Assembly: GCF_009914755.1 (NCBI RefSeq)
Contig: NC_060946.1
DNA length: 64,000 nt
Direction: 5' to 3' (one strand)
Origin: the human T2T-CHM13v2.0 reference genome, Homo sapiens
Part shown: in pieces, positions 28,011-43,379 of the stretch
Layout: each line of letters starts with the position of its first letter
Position numbering within the stretch: position 1 is the stretch's first letter
Made by a program: the position numbers and the translations under genes
The notes under the pieces: generated by a model
What the model was told of the DNA's origin: nothing
The model's input: the letters and a program-made list of their open reading frames with translations, nothing else
The model's database searches: none

Positions 28011-31000
28011 GTTAGTTTCGGCAGCCCCGGCCTTCCACGTTCCCTTTAATCTTTTCTACTCGGTGCGCCTTTATTCTTCCATTTTTTTTTTCTTCCTCTC
28101 TCTCTAGTTCCCTGCCCCTTAATTAATTTTAAAGGTATTTGAATGAGCTGGTCGAAGACGTCCAGTAGCCCAACCATTTTCTTTGCCTCCTAATACATTG
28201 ATTGCAACACTATGTCATATCGGTGTGTGTTCTGGAATTAGAGCTCGTAAGTGGGTGCTATATAGAAATGGCCTGTATTGTTGCTCTCATGCAATTTAAT
28301 TTGGGAAATGCCAATGCATTTGTGTGTAAGAGCTCCTATGCAATTTAAGTTTCATTTTTTTTGTTCTTGGCAAATGAATTTCGAATCCTTTCTCCTTACT
28401 GTACTTACTGTGTTTCCTCTACTTTCCACTCTTAGAAATTTTCTCTCCTTTGCAGAATATTTTCTGTTGAGGAATAGGGTGTAAAAAAATCTTGATTTTG
28501 TGTGTGCGAGGTCCAAGATTTCAGGTTAGAGGTGAAGTTTAACAATTCTTTTATCTTACCTACCATTCTTAGCTTTTTTTTCCTTTTTCTTCTTATTTGC
28601 TTTAAGAATCAATATGGAGCGCAGTTCATTTCACATCTCCCAGTTCTTTGGTGTGAGACCAAAATGTCTGAAACTCTGGGTTTTTAGGTTGGGAGAACAG
28701 GGGCATGTTCTTTGCAGTTTGCAGTCACTTTCTCATTTTAGGGGAAATAAGATAAACAATTTTGTGGAGTTACGTACCTGGAAATCAAGGTTAGAAGTTG
28801 AAAGAGTTCCAATCATGAACTACAAACATGAACTGATTGTACAAAAGTTTAAAATGTGCATTAGGTTTGGTGTTTGTGTGTGTCTTTGTCTTTTTACACT
28901 TTTAAACATACTTGGAGATCAAGATTTTCGTTTAAAAGCTTTACGACCAGTTCATTCAGTTGTGGACTAGCTCCTTTGTCAGGAGAAGTTCAGGGAGACT
29001 TCTTCCATCATCCCTTCATTCTTTTCTTACAGTTAGTTTAATGGTGTTATCCTGATGGGTAAGGACCTTTTCTTTGCTGGGATAATGAAGATGAAGAATG
29101 GCTGGCCATCTGACAGTCCACAAGATGTTCCCCTTTACTACGGAGCATCTCTTTAACTCCCTGAGAGCAGGCTCAGCGTCATCCCTCCATCTGCCAGTGA
29201 GAGTGCATAATGGAGTTAAATGTACCCTTTGAGTTTGTAGAGAACTTCGAGAGCATGTTTCTAAATAGGCTTCATTTCAGAGGGTGAAAATGGGAAGACA
29301 GAGCTAATGCTTTGAATTCGTTGCTTTTATAAGAAAGATGTGAAATGAATTTAAGTTAACCTGCAAAAATTGAGAAGTAGGAATCTTGCGAGTTCCTCTA
29401 CCTAAGGCTTGTAACATTGATTATGCATGAACTTTGATCTGTACCTATTCTATGAAGGTACTGTAGTCTCCAGGGATTTTTTTAGCTGGTTTTTTCCTTC
29501 AGAATTCATACACATACACAAACGTCGTTGTATTCCTTTGCACCTACTAAAGTGCCATTCAGAAACATTTTTTAGATCATCTTTAGACACTTAATCACCT
29601 GTAGATTTTTGTGGTGTTTCTTTCGTATTTGTGTAATGTGGTAGTTTTTGCTTTTTAGTTTTGGTGTAACGTGGTAGTCGATTTTACATTGGAGTTAGCC
29701 AGTGACTTGGAACGTAGGGGAAACTTTTTTGTGTACTTTGAGTAGTCCTGATTTGAGCAGTTTCGTCTTGGAGCTGTATTGTTTAAATACTTCTGTTCAG
29801 GTGTGCTACTACTTTCTCCATGTCGGTCTGTTTTGCTACTTGAAATATCTTTGAATAATTACAAGAGTTTTAAATGTGTTAAGTGGGCTTTTATAGTTTA
29901 AAAAAAAACTCAACATTGAGATTAATTCATTCACTCATAATGCTAAGAGTTTATCTTAGTTACTTTTCTAAATTTTGTAATGAGGGTTAACTTTACCCCC
30001 CTCCCCAAATCAAGATTCTACTCCAGGAATTCTTTGGTGTACGGTTTTTAATTGTAACCAGTCTGGGTTTGGGGGAGGGGAGAAGTGAGTATAAAGAAAA
30101 TACTGTCCCTCTGTTAACTTACTTCAAGTTGGGTACCATTGTAATTTTTTTTTTTTTTTTTTTTTTTTTTTTGAGATGGAGTCTCACTCTGTCACCCAGG
30201 CTGGAGTGCAGTGGTGCGATCTCACTACAACCTCTGCCTCCTGGGTTAAAGCAGTTCTGTCTCAGCCTCCCTAGTAGCTAGGACTACAGGCGCAGACCAC
30301 CACGCCTGGCTGATTTTTGTATTTTTAGTTGAGACAGGATTTCACCATATTGGTCAGGCTGGTCTCGATCTCCTGCCCTCAAGTGATCCACCCACCTTGG
30401 CCTCCCGAAGTGCTGGGGTTACAGGTATGAGCCGCCCGGCCAGAGGTACCATTATATCTTGAATTTTTTTTTTTTGACATTCTGCAGTTTGTAATATGTT
30501 TGCAGGTAACTTTTATTGGAGGCACATCACCTCTTAAAACTTTTAAGTTTCAAACTTGTAACTTTTGATTTTTGAGTTGTCACTTGGGTATTTTATAAAT
30601 GTGAAAGAAAATTATTTCTTGATATTATGGTTTTTGTCTAGAACTGGTTGAAATAAGCCCGAAATTCTAGCACCTAAAACTTTTTTAAAAAAAGTGATTT
30701 AGGCTTGCAAATCTCGTGATGTAAATATATCCACCAAGAGCGTTCTAATGTCAGCTTTAAAGGAAAGAAAACTGGAATCCAATGGGATGACATGCTAAAG
30801 TGTTACAAATCAAATTATTACTTAAATCTCAACCTCTGAATTGCTGTTTAATACTCAGATATTCTCCTAAAAAATTTCCAGGTTGATTCAAATAACTTAG
30901 GTTAAACTCAACTTTTACGTGTTGGGATGGGGAAGAGAAGACTTATTTGTAGCCTTCACACCTTTATGTTCCTGTTTCAGTATTTGCATTTGATCCATTG

Positions 31001-31699
31001 AAATTTTTATTTCATTTGGTATGGTTAGGGTAAAACAAATCATTTGAGAAATGACATTTTGTTCTCCCTCTCCCTCCAAAAAAAAAAGATTATGAAAGCC
31101 ACTTGTAAACTTTTTTTGTAAAAATGACCAAAAGACTGGAAAAGTTAATGTTAGGCAAATCCTGGAAATATCTTTTGGAGCTGTTTCTGATCATCTTGAG
31201 TGATGGAAATGATGAGGGTCATCTGTTGTCTTCATTACTCAGTGAACACGTTTTGTCACTGCTTGGTAAACGCTTAATGCCGTATGCACTTAAAAAGCAC
31301 CTGGAAAGATAGGATTTTAGGATCTGGCATATAATTAAGTAGGGTAAAGATCCTTCTGGTCTTGGTACAGTTTTGTGGCCCTGGGTTTTGTGCTTTTTTG
31401 TTTTTTGAGTTTTTCCCCCATTTCAAAGACACAGGGCAGATAGTGTGTAAAGTATACCTGCTTTTTGACCAGTAGATTAATGTACACAGTGGAGAAGTGG
31501 TAAGGCTTTTTAAAATGTCAGCTCTACTTTTTTTTTTTTTTTTTTTTTTTGAGACAGAGGTTTACTCTCGTTGCCCAGGCTGGAGTGCAGTAGCTCGATC
31601 TTGGCTCACTGCAATCTCAACCTCCCAGGTTCAAGCGATTCTCTGCTTCACCCTCCTCAGTAGCTGGGATTGCAGGTGTCCACAACCATGCCCAGCTAA

Positions 31700-31849
<150 letters not shown>

Positions 31850-32911
31850 TAAAATGCCATTGTGTTAGTGGTTCGTCATCCTAACCAAAACATTTTGATC
31901 AAGACCATTTATTTTCCAGCTCTGTAACTTGTGATATGCTATGTTTTATTTTATTTTGGCTTGAATGTTTACATAAGAGTTTGCTTCTGGAGTCTTGCAG
32001 ATATAGCTCCTGATTTAGTGAGGCATTTCTCTCCTCAGTATTAAATTGCAAAACATTTTACTAAAGTGCTTTAAGTTTTTCTGGCAATTATTCTCAAGGC
32101 CTTGTAAGTTCATTTATAGGACTTCAAGAAGGTTGTCTCTGGTTGATAGTGAGATAAAGTGACTTTTAAGTTGTAAATCTTGAATGCGTTACAATATGGG
32201 GGTCTTATTCCAGCAGGAGTTCATCTTCTATAGCAGAGGTTGGAATTGTATTGGCATGTCCAGTGAATGGATAATAGGGAGGAGGGAGGAAAGGGTTTCT
32301 GCCTTGGTGGCCTTTTGGCATTATTTTGTGTTTTTCTTTGCTTTTCTCTCTCTTCTTTATTTAATAAAAACAAAAAAATGGAAATAGTTGAAAATTAATG
32401 CAAAGTGGTATTTGTAGGGACATTAAGTGGTAAATAGGAAAGAGAAAAAGAGTAGGAAGAGTGTTGCAGATACAAGTGGGAGTGTAAAATACTTTTTCCT
32501 GGTATATTTACAAAAACAATTTGAGAGTTATTCTGCCAATTCATATACCCAGCAATTAATGGAAAAGTAAAAGATGCTAGTTTTATGTTTGTCCAGATTT
32601 TAGGGTTTCCTTCTTTGAAGATTTCTAAAGTTGAATATTTTTTTAAGTGAGGCAAGCAGTAAAATTAATGGGCAAATGAAACCAATTATACCAAGTCTAA
32701 AATTTTTCTTTTTTTTTTGAGGCAGAGTCTCGCTTTGTAGCTGGGACTACAGGCGCCTGCCACCATGCCCAGCTAATTTTTTGTATTTTTAGTAGAGACG
32801 GGGTTTCACCATGTTGGCCATGATGGTCTCGATCTCCTGACCTTGTGAACCTCCCATCTCTGCCTCCCAAAGTGCTGGGATTACAGGCGTGAGCCACCGC
32901 GCCCAGCTAAA

Positions 32912-33070
32912 AATTTTTTTTTTTTTTAATACTTTTAAGTTTTAGGATACATGTGCACAACGTGCAGGTTTGTCACATATGTATACATGTGCCATGTTGG
33001 TGTGCTGCACCCATTAACTCGTCATTTAGCATTAGGTATATCTCCTAATGCTATCCCTCTCCCCTCCCTG
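32912..33070 (-). mobile_element. 5'-truncated L1PA 3' end
   Basis: TTAAGTTTTAGGATACATGTGCACAACGTGCAGGTTTG..TATATCTCCTAATGCTATCCCTC; GCTAAAAA(A)TTTTT repeated at both flanks. Confidence 0.9.
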
Positions 33071-33238
33071 CTAAAAAATTTTTTAACATTGAACTTCGCA
33101 GGTGATTTTTTTTCGCTTAATAGACGGTAGTTTCATTTTGAAATTTTCATGGGAAATTACTGCTCACTTTCCCAGAAGCGCTTAAGAGGATAAATAATAA
33201 TTGAGGTGTTAAGCCTCTTCTGAGCAATTTGGATATAA

Positions 33239-33491
<253 letters not shown>

Positions 33492-33639
33492 TAGCAAGGA
33501 TGGTCTCCATACACTGACCTCGTGATCCGCCCACCTCAGCCTCCCAAAGTGCTGGGATTACAGGCGTGAGCCATAGCACCTGGCCCTAGAAGTAATTTTG
33601 TTGAGAGAGAGAGAGTAAAACTAAAAGTACTGAAAAGAG

Positions 33640-33915
33640 TAAGAGAGTAGCTAAGAGAATGAGTATTGGAGTCAGACTGCTAGAGTTCATAGCCCAGGCT
33701 TGTATTTATTAACTGTGAACTTTGGGCCAAATACTTAACCTGGCTCAACCTCCTCACATTTATTCCTAACCACAGCCCTGTAAGGTGGGTGCGCACCTTA
33801 TAGGAATCCACCTTACTTACCCACCTTACAGGATTGTGGTTAGGAATAAATGAGAATTCTCTTTATCAGATGCTTAGGACTATGCTTGCTTCTGTGTAGT
33901 ATGTGTTCATTGTTA
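33640..33915 (+). mobile_element. MIR SINE with internal inverted duplication
   Basis: TGGAGTCAGACTGC..AACTGTGAACTTTGGGCCAAATACTTAACC MIR core; inverted repeat 33757-33852. Confidence 0.7.
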
Positions 33916-34269
33916 ACTGTTTTTAACTTTACTGCTAAATATATCAGAAGGAAAGCAGTGGTAGATGGTTTGGGGGTTGTTTTTGTTTTTTTGATTTGCA
34001 ACGAAGTCTTGCTCTGTTGCCCAAGCTGGAGTACAGTGGCGTGATCTCGGCCTATGACAACCTCCGTCTCCCGGCTTCAAGCGATTCTCCTGCTCAGCCT
34101 CCGGAGTAGCTAGGACTACAGCTGCGCAGCACCATGCCCGGCTAATTTTTGTATTTTTAGTAGAGACAGGGAGTCCTGACCTCGTGATCCACCCACCTCG
34201 GCCTCCCAAAATGTTGGGATTACAGGCATGAGCCACCGCACCCGGCCTGTTTTTGTTTTTCGTGGATAT

Positions 34270-35258
34270 ACAGTAGTCCCCCCTTATCCTTGCGGGATAC
34301 ATTCCAAGATCTCCAGTGGATACCTGAAACCCTGTATAGTAGTGAATATAATTGTCATCAGTCAGAACACGTTTCTGTCCGTGTCTTCCACACACAAATT
34401 TAATGCCTTTTCCATCTTAACTAATCACTTGTCATGCACTGTGGCTGTGATGTTTGCAGTTTGAGGTACAACAGCAAAACTATCACGAATTTTTTTCCTT
34501 CACAATTTCATGTATAGATTTGATCTTTGTAACCTCCGCATACAATTTTTTTTCATTCCTTATTAAGTCAAGAACTTTCACCTTCAAGCAATTTACAGCT
34601 TCTCTTTGGCATATCCAAATAGCTGTCATTGCTACTTTTGGACTTAGGGACTGTCATTAAGTAAAATAAGGGTTACTTAAAACTCAAGCATTGCCCTGCC
34701 CCATAGTCAGTCTGACAATCTGATAACTGAGATGGCTACTAAGTGACAAATGGCTGGTAGTTTATACAGGTGAATACATTAGACGGAGGGGAGATTCACT
34801 ACCCGGTCAGGTGAGATTTCATCAGGCTACTCAGAATGGCGCACAGTTTAAAACATTGTTGTGGCTCACGCCTGTAATCCTGGCACTTTGGGAGATTGAG
34901 GCAGGAGGATTGCTTGAGGCCAGGCATTCAAGACCAGCCTGGGCAATGTAGTGGGACCCCCCATCCCCCCACCATCTCTAGAAAAAAAATTTAAAAAGTC
35001 AGCAAGGCATGGTGGCATGCATCTGTAGTCCTAGCTTCTTGGGAGGCTTAAGGTGTGAGGATCTCTTGAGCCCAGGAGTTTTGAGGTTACAGTGAGCTAT
35101 GATGACACCACTGTACACTCCAGCCTAGGTGACATAGCAAGACTCTGTTTCTAAAACAACAAAAATTAGTGTTTATTTCTGCAGTTTTCTTTGTAATATT
35201 TTTGTACCACAGGTGTTTGAAATGGCAGAAAATGAAACGGGGTAAGGATGAACTCCTG
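34270..35258. mobile_element. TcMar-Tigger family DNA transposon interrupted by AluJ (~34861-35165)
   Basis: TA-CAGTAGTCCCCCCTTATCC terminal repeat; degenerate opposite end ..GTAAGGATGAACTCCTG-TA. Confidence 0.65.
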
Positions 35259-35402
35259 TATAGATAGACTGGATAAAGAGAAAGCCAAGTGCATGATGTT
35301 CATAGAGGAGTCTTAAGAGTAAGCCTTATGTCATCTATCCAAATGTTGTTTTCTAGGAGTATAAGAATATAGGAACAGAGCTTAAAATGGAAAAATACTG
35401 TA

Positions 35403-35757
35403 CAGTTAGCCTTCCGTATCTGAGGGTTCCGTGTTTGTGGAGTCAGCCACAGATTGAAAATATTTAGGGGAAAAAAATCCATGGTTGCATCTGTACTGGA
35501 CATGTACAGACTTTATTTTCTTGTCATTATTCCCTAAACAATACAGTGCACCAACTATTTATGTTGCATTTACACTGCATTAGGTATTGTAAATAATCCA
35601 GAAAGAATTCAAAGTATATGGGTGGGTGTGTGTAGGTTATATGCAAATACTACATGTCCCCTTTATATCAGGGACTGGAGCATCCTCAGATTTTGGTATC
35701 TGCAGTGGAGAGAGTGGATTCTGGAACCAATTCCCAGCAGATACCAAGGGACAACCA
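35403..35757. mobile_element. Tigger3a/MER7-like non-autonomous DNA transposon
   Basis: TA-CAGTTAGCCTTCCGTATC ... GATACCAAGGGACAACCA-TA termini; internal GTCATTATTCCCTAAACAATACAG and AGGTTATATGCAAATACTAC. Confidence 0.8.
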
Positions 35758-36008
35758 TATATATATAGTATCATGACATCTTGTATCATGTCACGTATAT
35801 ATATATCATATATATTATCATGTCACGTATACAAGACATCTTATATATCCTATCATGTAAGATGTCTTGTATACGTAAGTAATAGAAATGAAAATCAGCA
35901 GATAGTTAAGGCATAATGAGAAAATGGAAAACATTGTTCTTGTTAGAAATGTTTAAGAATGGCTTCTTGATAAAGAACTGTGTTAAGCATATTCTTTCTT
36001 CTTTTTAG

Positions 36009-36531
<523 letters not shown>

Positions 36532-37738
36532 TAGGCAGGATGGTCTCGATCTGCTGACTTCATAATCTACCCTTCTCGGCCTCCCAAAGTGCTGGGATTA
36601 CAGGGGTAAGCCACCGTGCCCAGCCACCTGGGTCTTAAAGAATAAATTTTCTTGAGATGGAGTCTTGCTGTGTTGCCCAGGCTGAAGTTATCCTCTTGCT
36701 TCGGCCTCCTGAGTAGCTGGGATTGCAGATGTGAGCCACTATGCCTGCCTCTAAGAAACTTTCTTATAAAGGAGGAAGAAGAAAAGTAGCAGTGCAGTGC
36801 TCCAAAGAATTTTTTTACAACACTTAAGGAAGAACTACCTTTAACTTGTAGCACTAGAGACTCTGTTTCAAAGAATGCACAAGAATACTTACCCTTATTA
36901 CTTGTAATATACTCTCATATTTTCTGTTGCTTTTTTTTCTTTTCTTTTTTTTTTTTTTTTTTAGTACTGGTTGCAGCCTACTATATTGATTTTTATGACC
37001 CACTGTTGGCTTTTGAGCCATAATTTGAAGAATACTGGCGTAGAAGAGTTGACAAGATGGCAGTTATTCTGTATTAGGCCAACATTTTCTGTATGCCAGG
37101 AACTTATCCTCTGTACATTGTTCCTTCTTTCCTTCCTGGAGTTTATAGATAAGGGAAGAAGACTGGCATTCACGGAGTCTGGTGTGATCAGCATTGTATT
37201 TGGGAAGTACGTATATAGTGGGAGGAACAGGAGAACCTAACCCAGTAGTTATCCTGGTGGCTGTCTTTGAGGAATTGTGTCTGATTTTGGGATCTCACAG
37301 ATAGAGATAGGATTAGTAAAAATGAGCCCAGGCTAGAAAGGAGACTGTGTGAGGCCAGGTATATCCTGTTCTGGGAACCTGTGAGTGCTGTCTGACTGGT
37401 AGAATAGCCAAAAACTTGACTGTAGAGGTGAGCAAGGGGGCCAATCATGGAGGGCTTATAATACAGGAATTTAGACTTTCCATTTTACCCATTTAATGGA
37501 TGGGGCAGAATTGTGCTTTAGGCAGTTAAGTAAAAGGAGGAATAGTTTGGGAAGAACAGGGAAAAACAGGAGGCAGGGAGACCAGTGAAACAGCTGTTTT
37601 AGGGTTCCAGCCACCCTTACCACAGAAGATGGAAAGAAGTGGAAAGATTTGAGGGAAGATGGATGATCAGCAGAACTTGGTGACTGATTAGAAGTTAGGT
37701 AGTAAGATGGACAAATCAAGGATAATTCCCCAGTTTAA

Positions 37739-38093
<355 letters not shown>

Positions 38094-39204
38094 TAGGAAG
38101 CATAGTATTTGTGAAGTGGGTAGGCAGGTGTGATGGGGGTAGTGATGTTACATTTGGGGCATTTTGAAGTTGGTGGTTCTTCTGAGTTGAGCAGTCAGTC
38201 ACTCTTCATTTGCTGCACCTTTATCTCATTTTAGCCAACAGACATTGAATACCTACCAAGTCTTAGGTATTTGCAATGTAAAGACAAATTAAGGTGCCTT
38301 CTGCTGTCAGAGACTTCAGAGATACAGTGGGGTTGGTATACATGTCCACACAGTTTTCCCGTAAGTTATGCTTTAAAAGGTTTTTTAAATGTTATATATA
38401 AAGGCAGGGGATGGGTTGCTTTTGACAGAGTAGGTTTGGAGCGTTGATGGAAAACTTCATGGAGAAAATGTATATTTGAACAGGGTTGGTGGAAATTAAC
38501 ATACCTTAGAAGTAGGGAAAGTTGGAAGGGTTTTTCAGATGAAGCTAACATGTTTCTGATGTGGCTAGAATATACGCTGTGTGATAGGGTTTTTCATGGG
38601 AGAGAGATGGGAAAGGATGTTGGGGTTCTATTGTGGAAAGAGAAATATGCTAAGGAATTTGCCATTTATCTTAGCATCAGGATAAGAATTGTATGAGCAG
38701 GGGAGTGACATGGTTGGGGAAAGACTAATTCTGGTAACACCGTACAGAGCAGCAGTAGGTAGAACCTATGGCAGGAAGACTAGGAGTACATTATTTACCT
38801 CTTTTGAAATGAGTTTGTCATTTGCCTTGGAAGTTTTTGGTACATTGTAATTAACAAAGTGAATTGTTTATTTTGTTCAAGATCCCATGCTTGGTTTGCC
38901 AGTTGTTATAAATGTAGAAAATATACCAGATACCAACTTAGAAACCATTCACTCTCCTTGTTATTTACAGATATGCAAGGTTTTTTTGTTGTTGTTTTTG
39001 TTTTGTTTTGTTTTTAAAGGGTATGTTTCTCCATCTAGGATTCCCTGTAGGCCTTCCCTTGTAACAAATCTCAAGGTTTGCTCAAAATCAAGAAATGTTC
39101 AGTGACAGTTAAGTTAGCACACAATTTAGGCTTACTATAAAACATGTCCTTGAGTTGATTCTTAAGGTGGGATTTTAATAAATAATAGTGTCTTCATCAT
39201 GTAG

Positions 39205-39549
<345 letters not shown>

Positions 39550-40233
39550 TGAAAAAGAGCAAGGTGAATTGTCAATGTGAATTTTCTAAACATGGCCCCA
39601 GGTCACATTCTTGATCAATTAAAGCACTTCACCTCTTTAAAATTCAAGACTTAAGGCTGGGCGCAGTGGCCTACACCTGTAATCCCAGCACTTTGGGAGG
39701 CTGAGGCAGGTGGATTACTTGAGGTCAGGAATTCAAGACCAGCCTGGCCAACATGGTGAAACCCCATCTCTACTAAAAATACAAAAATTAGCTGGGCATG
39801 GCCGGGCACGGTGGCTTACGCCTGTAATCCCAGCACTTTGGGAGGCCAAGACGGGCAGATCACGAGGTCAGGAGATTGAAACCATCCTGGGTAACACGGT
39901 GTAACCCCGTCTCTACTAAAAATACAAAAAAATTAACCCCGTCTCTACTAAAAATACAGAAAAATTAGCCGGGCGTAGTGGCGGGCGCCTGTAGTCCCAG
40001 CTACTCAGGAGGCTGAGGCAGGAGAATGGCGTGAACCCAGGAGGCGGAGCTAGCAGTGAGCCGAGATCGTGCCACTGCACTCCAGCCTAGGTGACAGAGC
40101 GAGACTCCATCTCAGGAAAAAAAAAAAAAAAAAAAAGCCGGGCGTGGTGGCAGGCGCCTGTAGTCCCAGCTACTCGGGAGGCTGAGGCAAGGGAATCTCT
40201 TGAACCCGGGAGGCGGAGGTTGCCATGAGCTGA

Positions 40234-40533
<300 letters not shown>

Positions 40534-42590
40534 TGAACTCCTGACCTCATGATCCACCCACCTCCGCCTCCCAAAGTGTTGGGATTACAGGCGTGAGCCA
40601 CCACCCCTGGCGTGTTGGGGTTTAAAAAGAATAAACTTCAAGTTAATCTCTTCCCAAAGTATAAGTATACCTTTTGATGTCATGATAGCAGGACCATGTG
40701 AAGAGTACATATTTTGAAATTTGCTTGCACTTTTGCCCTTTCACTCTATTGGATTTCAAAATTCAACAGCTGTCAGCATTTGTAGCTGTGTAATCCTGTA
40801 TAATTATCATCTTTTATCCAAATTTGTATAAAACTTACAAGTTTTCCTAATTTTTTTGGAGTATTAGAGATCTTGCCTGTCTTTCCAGCATGGATATTTT
40901 ATTTTAATTTTCTTAATGTTCCTTCAAATTACGTAGTTTGAAATGTTTGTACATCTTTATTTCCTTGCTAGATGGGTTGTTTATATGATTAGATAATTCT
41001 TCATTTACAGAGGGTTAAAGTAACTTTTTTTAAATGAAGTACTGAATAGAGGTTAGGAAAGTTGTTGGAACCTGATAAATTTGTAAAATTTACAAAATTT
41101 CTCATTTTAAAAGCTACAGTTTTAAAATTTCATGCTTTTTAAGCATCCATTGTAAGAGTAGGAGTGTCCAAAAGCAATAAGAACAAGAAATCTTTGTAAG
41201 ATTGGTAGTTTCAGTGTTTAGCCAAACCATTATCAGAATTAGAATGACTAATGTTATGTAGGTTTGGTTTTCAACTCCATTCTTTTTTTGTTTCATTTTT
41301 TAAAAAATTCCAAATCTCTAACCTGGCCTTGGCGCTCTGAGTCTTCTGATCTCTGCCCACCTCATCACTCACTTTGTTCTCCCCATTTTGTTTATTTCAA
41401 TTGCTGAACTGGCTGAGCTTTTACTCTCCCCACCTTAGGTTGTTCCACTCTTCATCTGTCAAGCTCCTACTCATCCTGTGGACTCAACCACTGGGTTAGA
41501 TGAAAGAAAAGTTTGACGTGTCCACTCTTTAAAAACATTAAGTGTTTTTTGTTGTTTGTTTGAGACTGTCGTCCAGGCTGTAGTGCAGTGGCGCAATCTT
41601 GGCTCACGGCAGCCTCGACCTCCTGGGCTAAATGATCCTCCCACCTCAGCCTGTAGCTGCACCACCATGCCTGGCTAATTTTTAAATTTTTTTTGTAGAG
41701 GCAGGGTCTTGCTATGTTGCTCAGGCTTGTCTAAAACGCCTGGGCTCAAGCAGCCTGCCTTGGCCTCCCAAAGTGCCATGATTACAGTTGTGAGCCACCT
41801 ACCAGGTCTGGCCTAAAAGCATTTTTTTATTTTTATTTTTTGAGGTGGGATCTCGCACTGTCACCCAGGCTGGAGTGCAGTAGCGTGATCTCGGCTTACT
41901 GCAACCTCCGCCTCCAAGGTTCGGGTGATTCTCAAGCCTCAGCCTCCTGAGTAGCTGGGATTACAGGCGTGCACCATCACCCCCGGCTCATTTTTGTATT
42001 TTTAGTAGCGATGGGGTTTCACCATGTTGGCCAGGCTGGTCTCAAACTCCTGATCTCCGCCAGCCTCGGCCTTCCAAAGTGCTGAGATTACAGGCATGAG
42101 CCACGGTGCCTGACCTAAAAGCATTTTAATGCCACAGAGAAAGCCAGCTAAAGGGAGGAGGAGCAGTAGATGGATTCTGTCTTCTAAGTGGGATTTGAGA
42201 ATTGACTGGATTTTAAATAATTAATAAAGGTGTTTTACTTAATGAACACAGTTTAAGAGAACTGAGTTGATTTTACTTCATTTTACCTAAAGTACAAAGG
42301 TAAGTGTGTTTACTCAAATAATATGTGAGCCTTTTAAGTAAAAAAAAAAAAAGTGTAACTGTGAGAGATACTAATATAGTAGAATTAGATTTTGAGCCAA
42401 AATTGTTTTAATTTTAAATTACATTTTGTGTCATAGTTAAGTAACTAGAAAATTGTCTGATTTATGTTCATAGTACAGTGTTTGGGATTATATTTTTAAT
42501 GGTTCTAATTTTGAAGGTTATGCTTCATTTATATATAATACTTCATTTGTTCAATTTCTCACGTATCATTGAATTATTTTGATCCTTTGA

Positions 42591-42929
<339 letters not shown>

Positions 42930-43085
42930 TAAGGGATTATATGGTTACATCTGTTGGAAGGAGCAAACCACAAGCAATATAGAAGACAACAAGGGTGATC
43001 TACAGAATCAGTATGTGATAATGAAAGGATGTTTTGACTCAACACTAGTTTCCACGTGTTTAATCCAAACTCAGTTGTTGTTTAA

Positions 43086-43379
<294 letters not shown>

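Larger units (their letters stand above)
26100..28070 (+). promoter_or_regulatory. EP300: EP300 CpG-island promoter and 5'UTR
   Basis: Very high GC and CpG, repeat-free; GC boxes GGCCCCGCCCC (26521, 26571), inverted CCAAT (26511-26516), ETS ATTTCCGG (26627-26634), YY1 GCCGCCATCTTG (26690-26701), E2F GCGGGAAA (27095-27102). Confidence 0.95.

Noticed and set aside
32706-32906. Alus with internal deletions (also ~4480-4623)
   Set aside because: Common microhomology or intra-Alu recombination decay
39902-39965. 32-nt tandem duplication in a nested AluY; similar small duplications at ~7631-7674, 10411-10568, 15070-15126, 49505-49550, 57452-57490, 59208-59231
   Set aside because: Ordinary slippage duplications in repeats or introns, with no sign of function; not spacer-separated arrays
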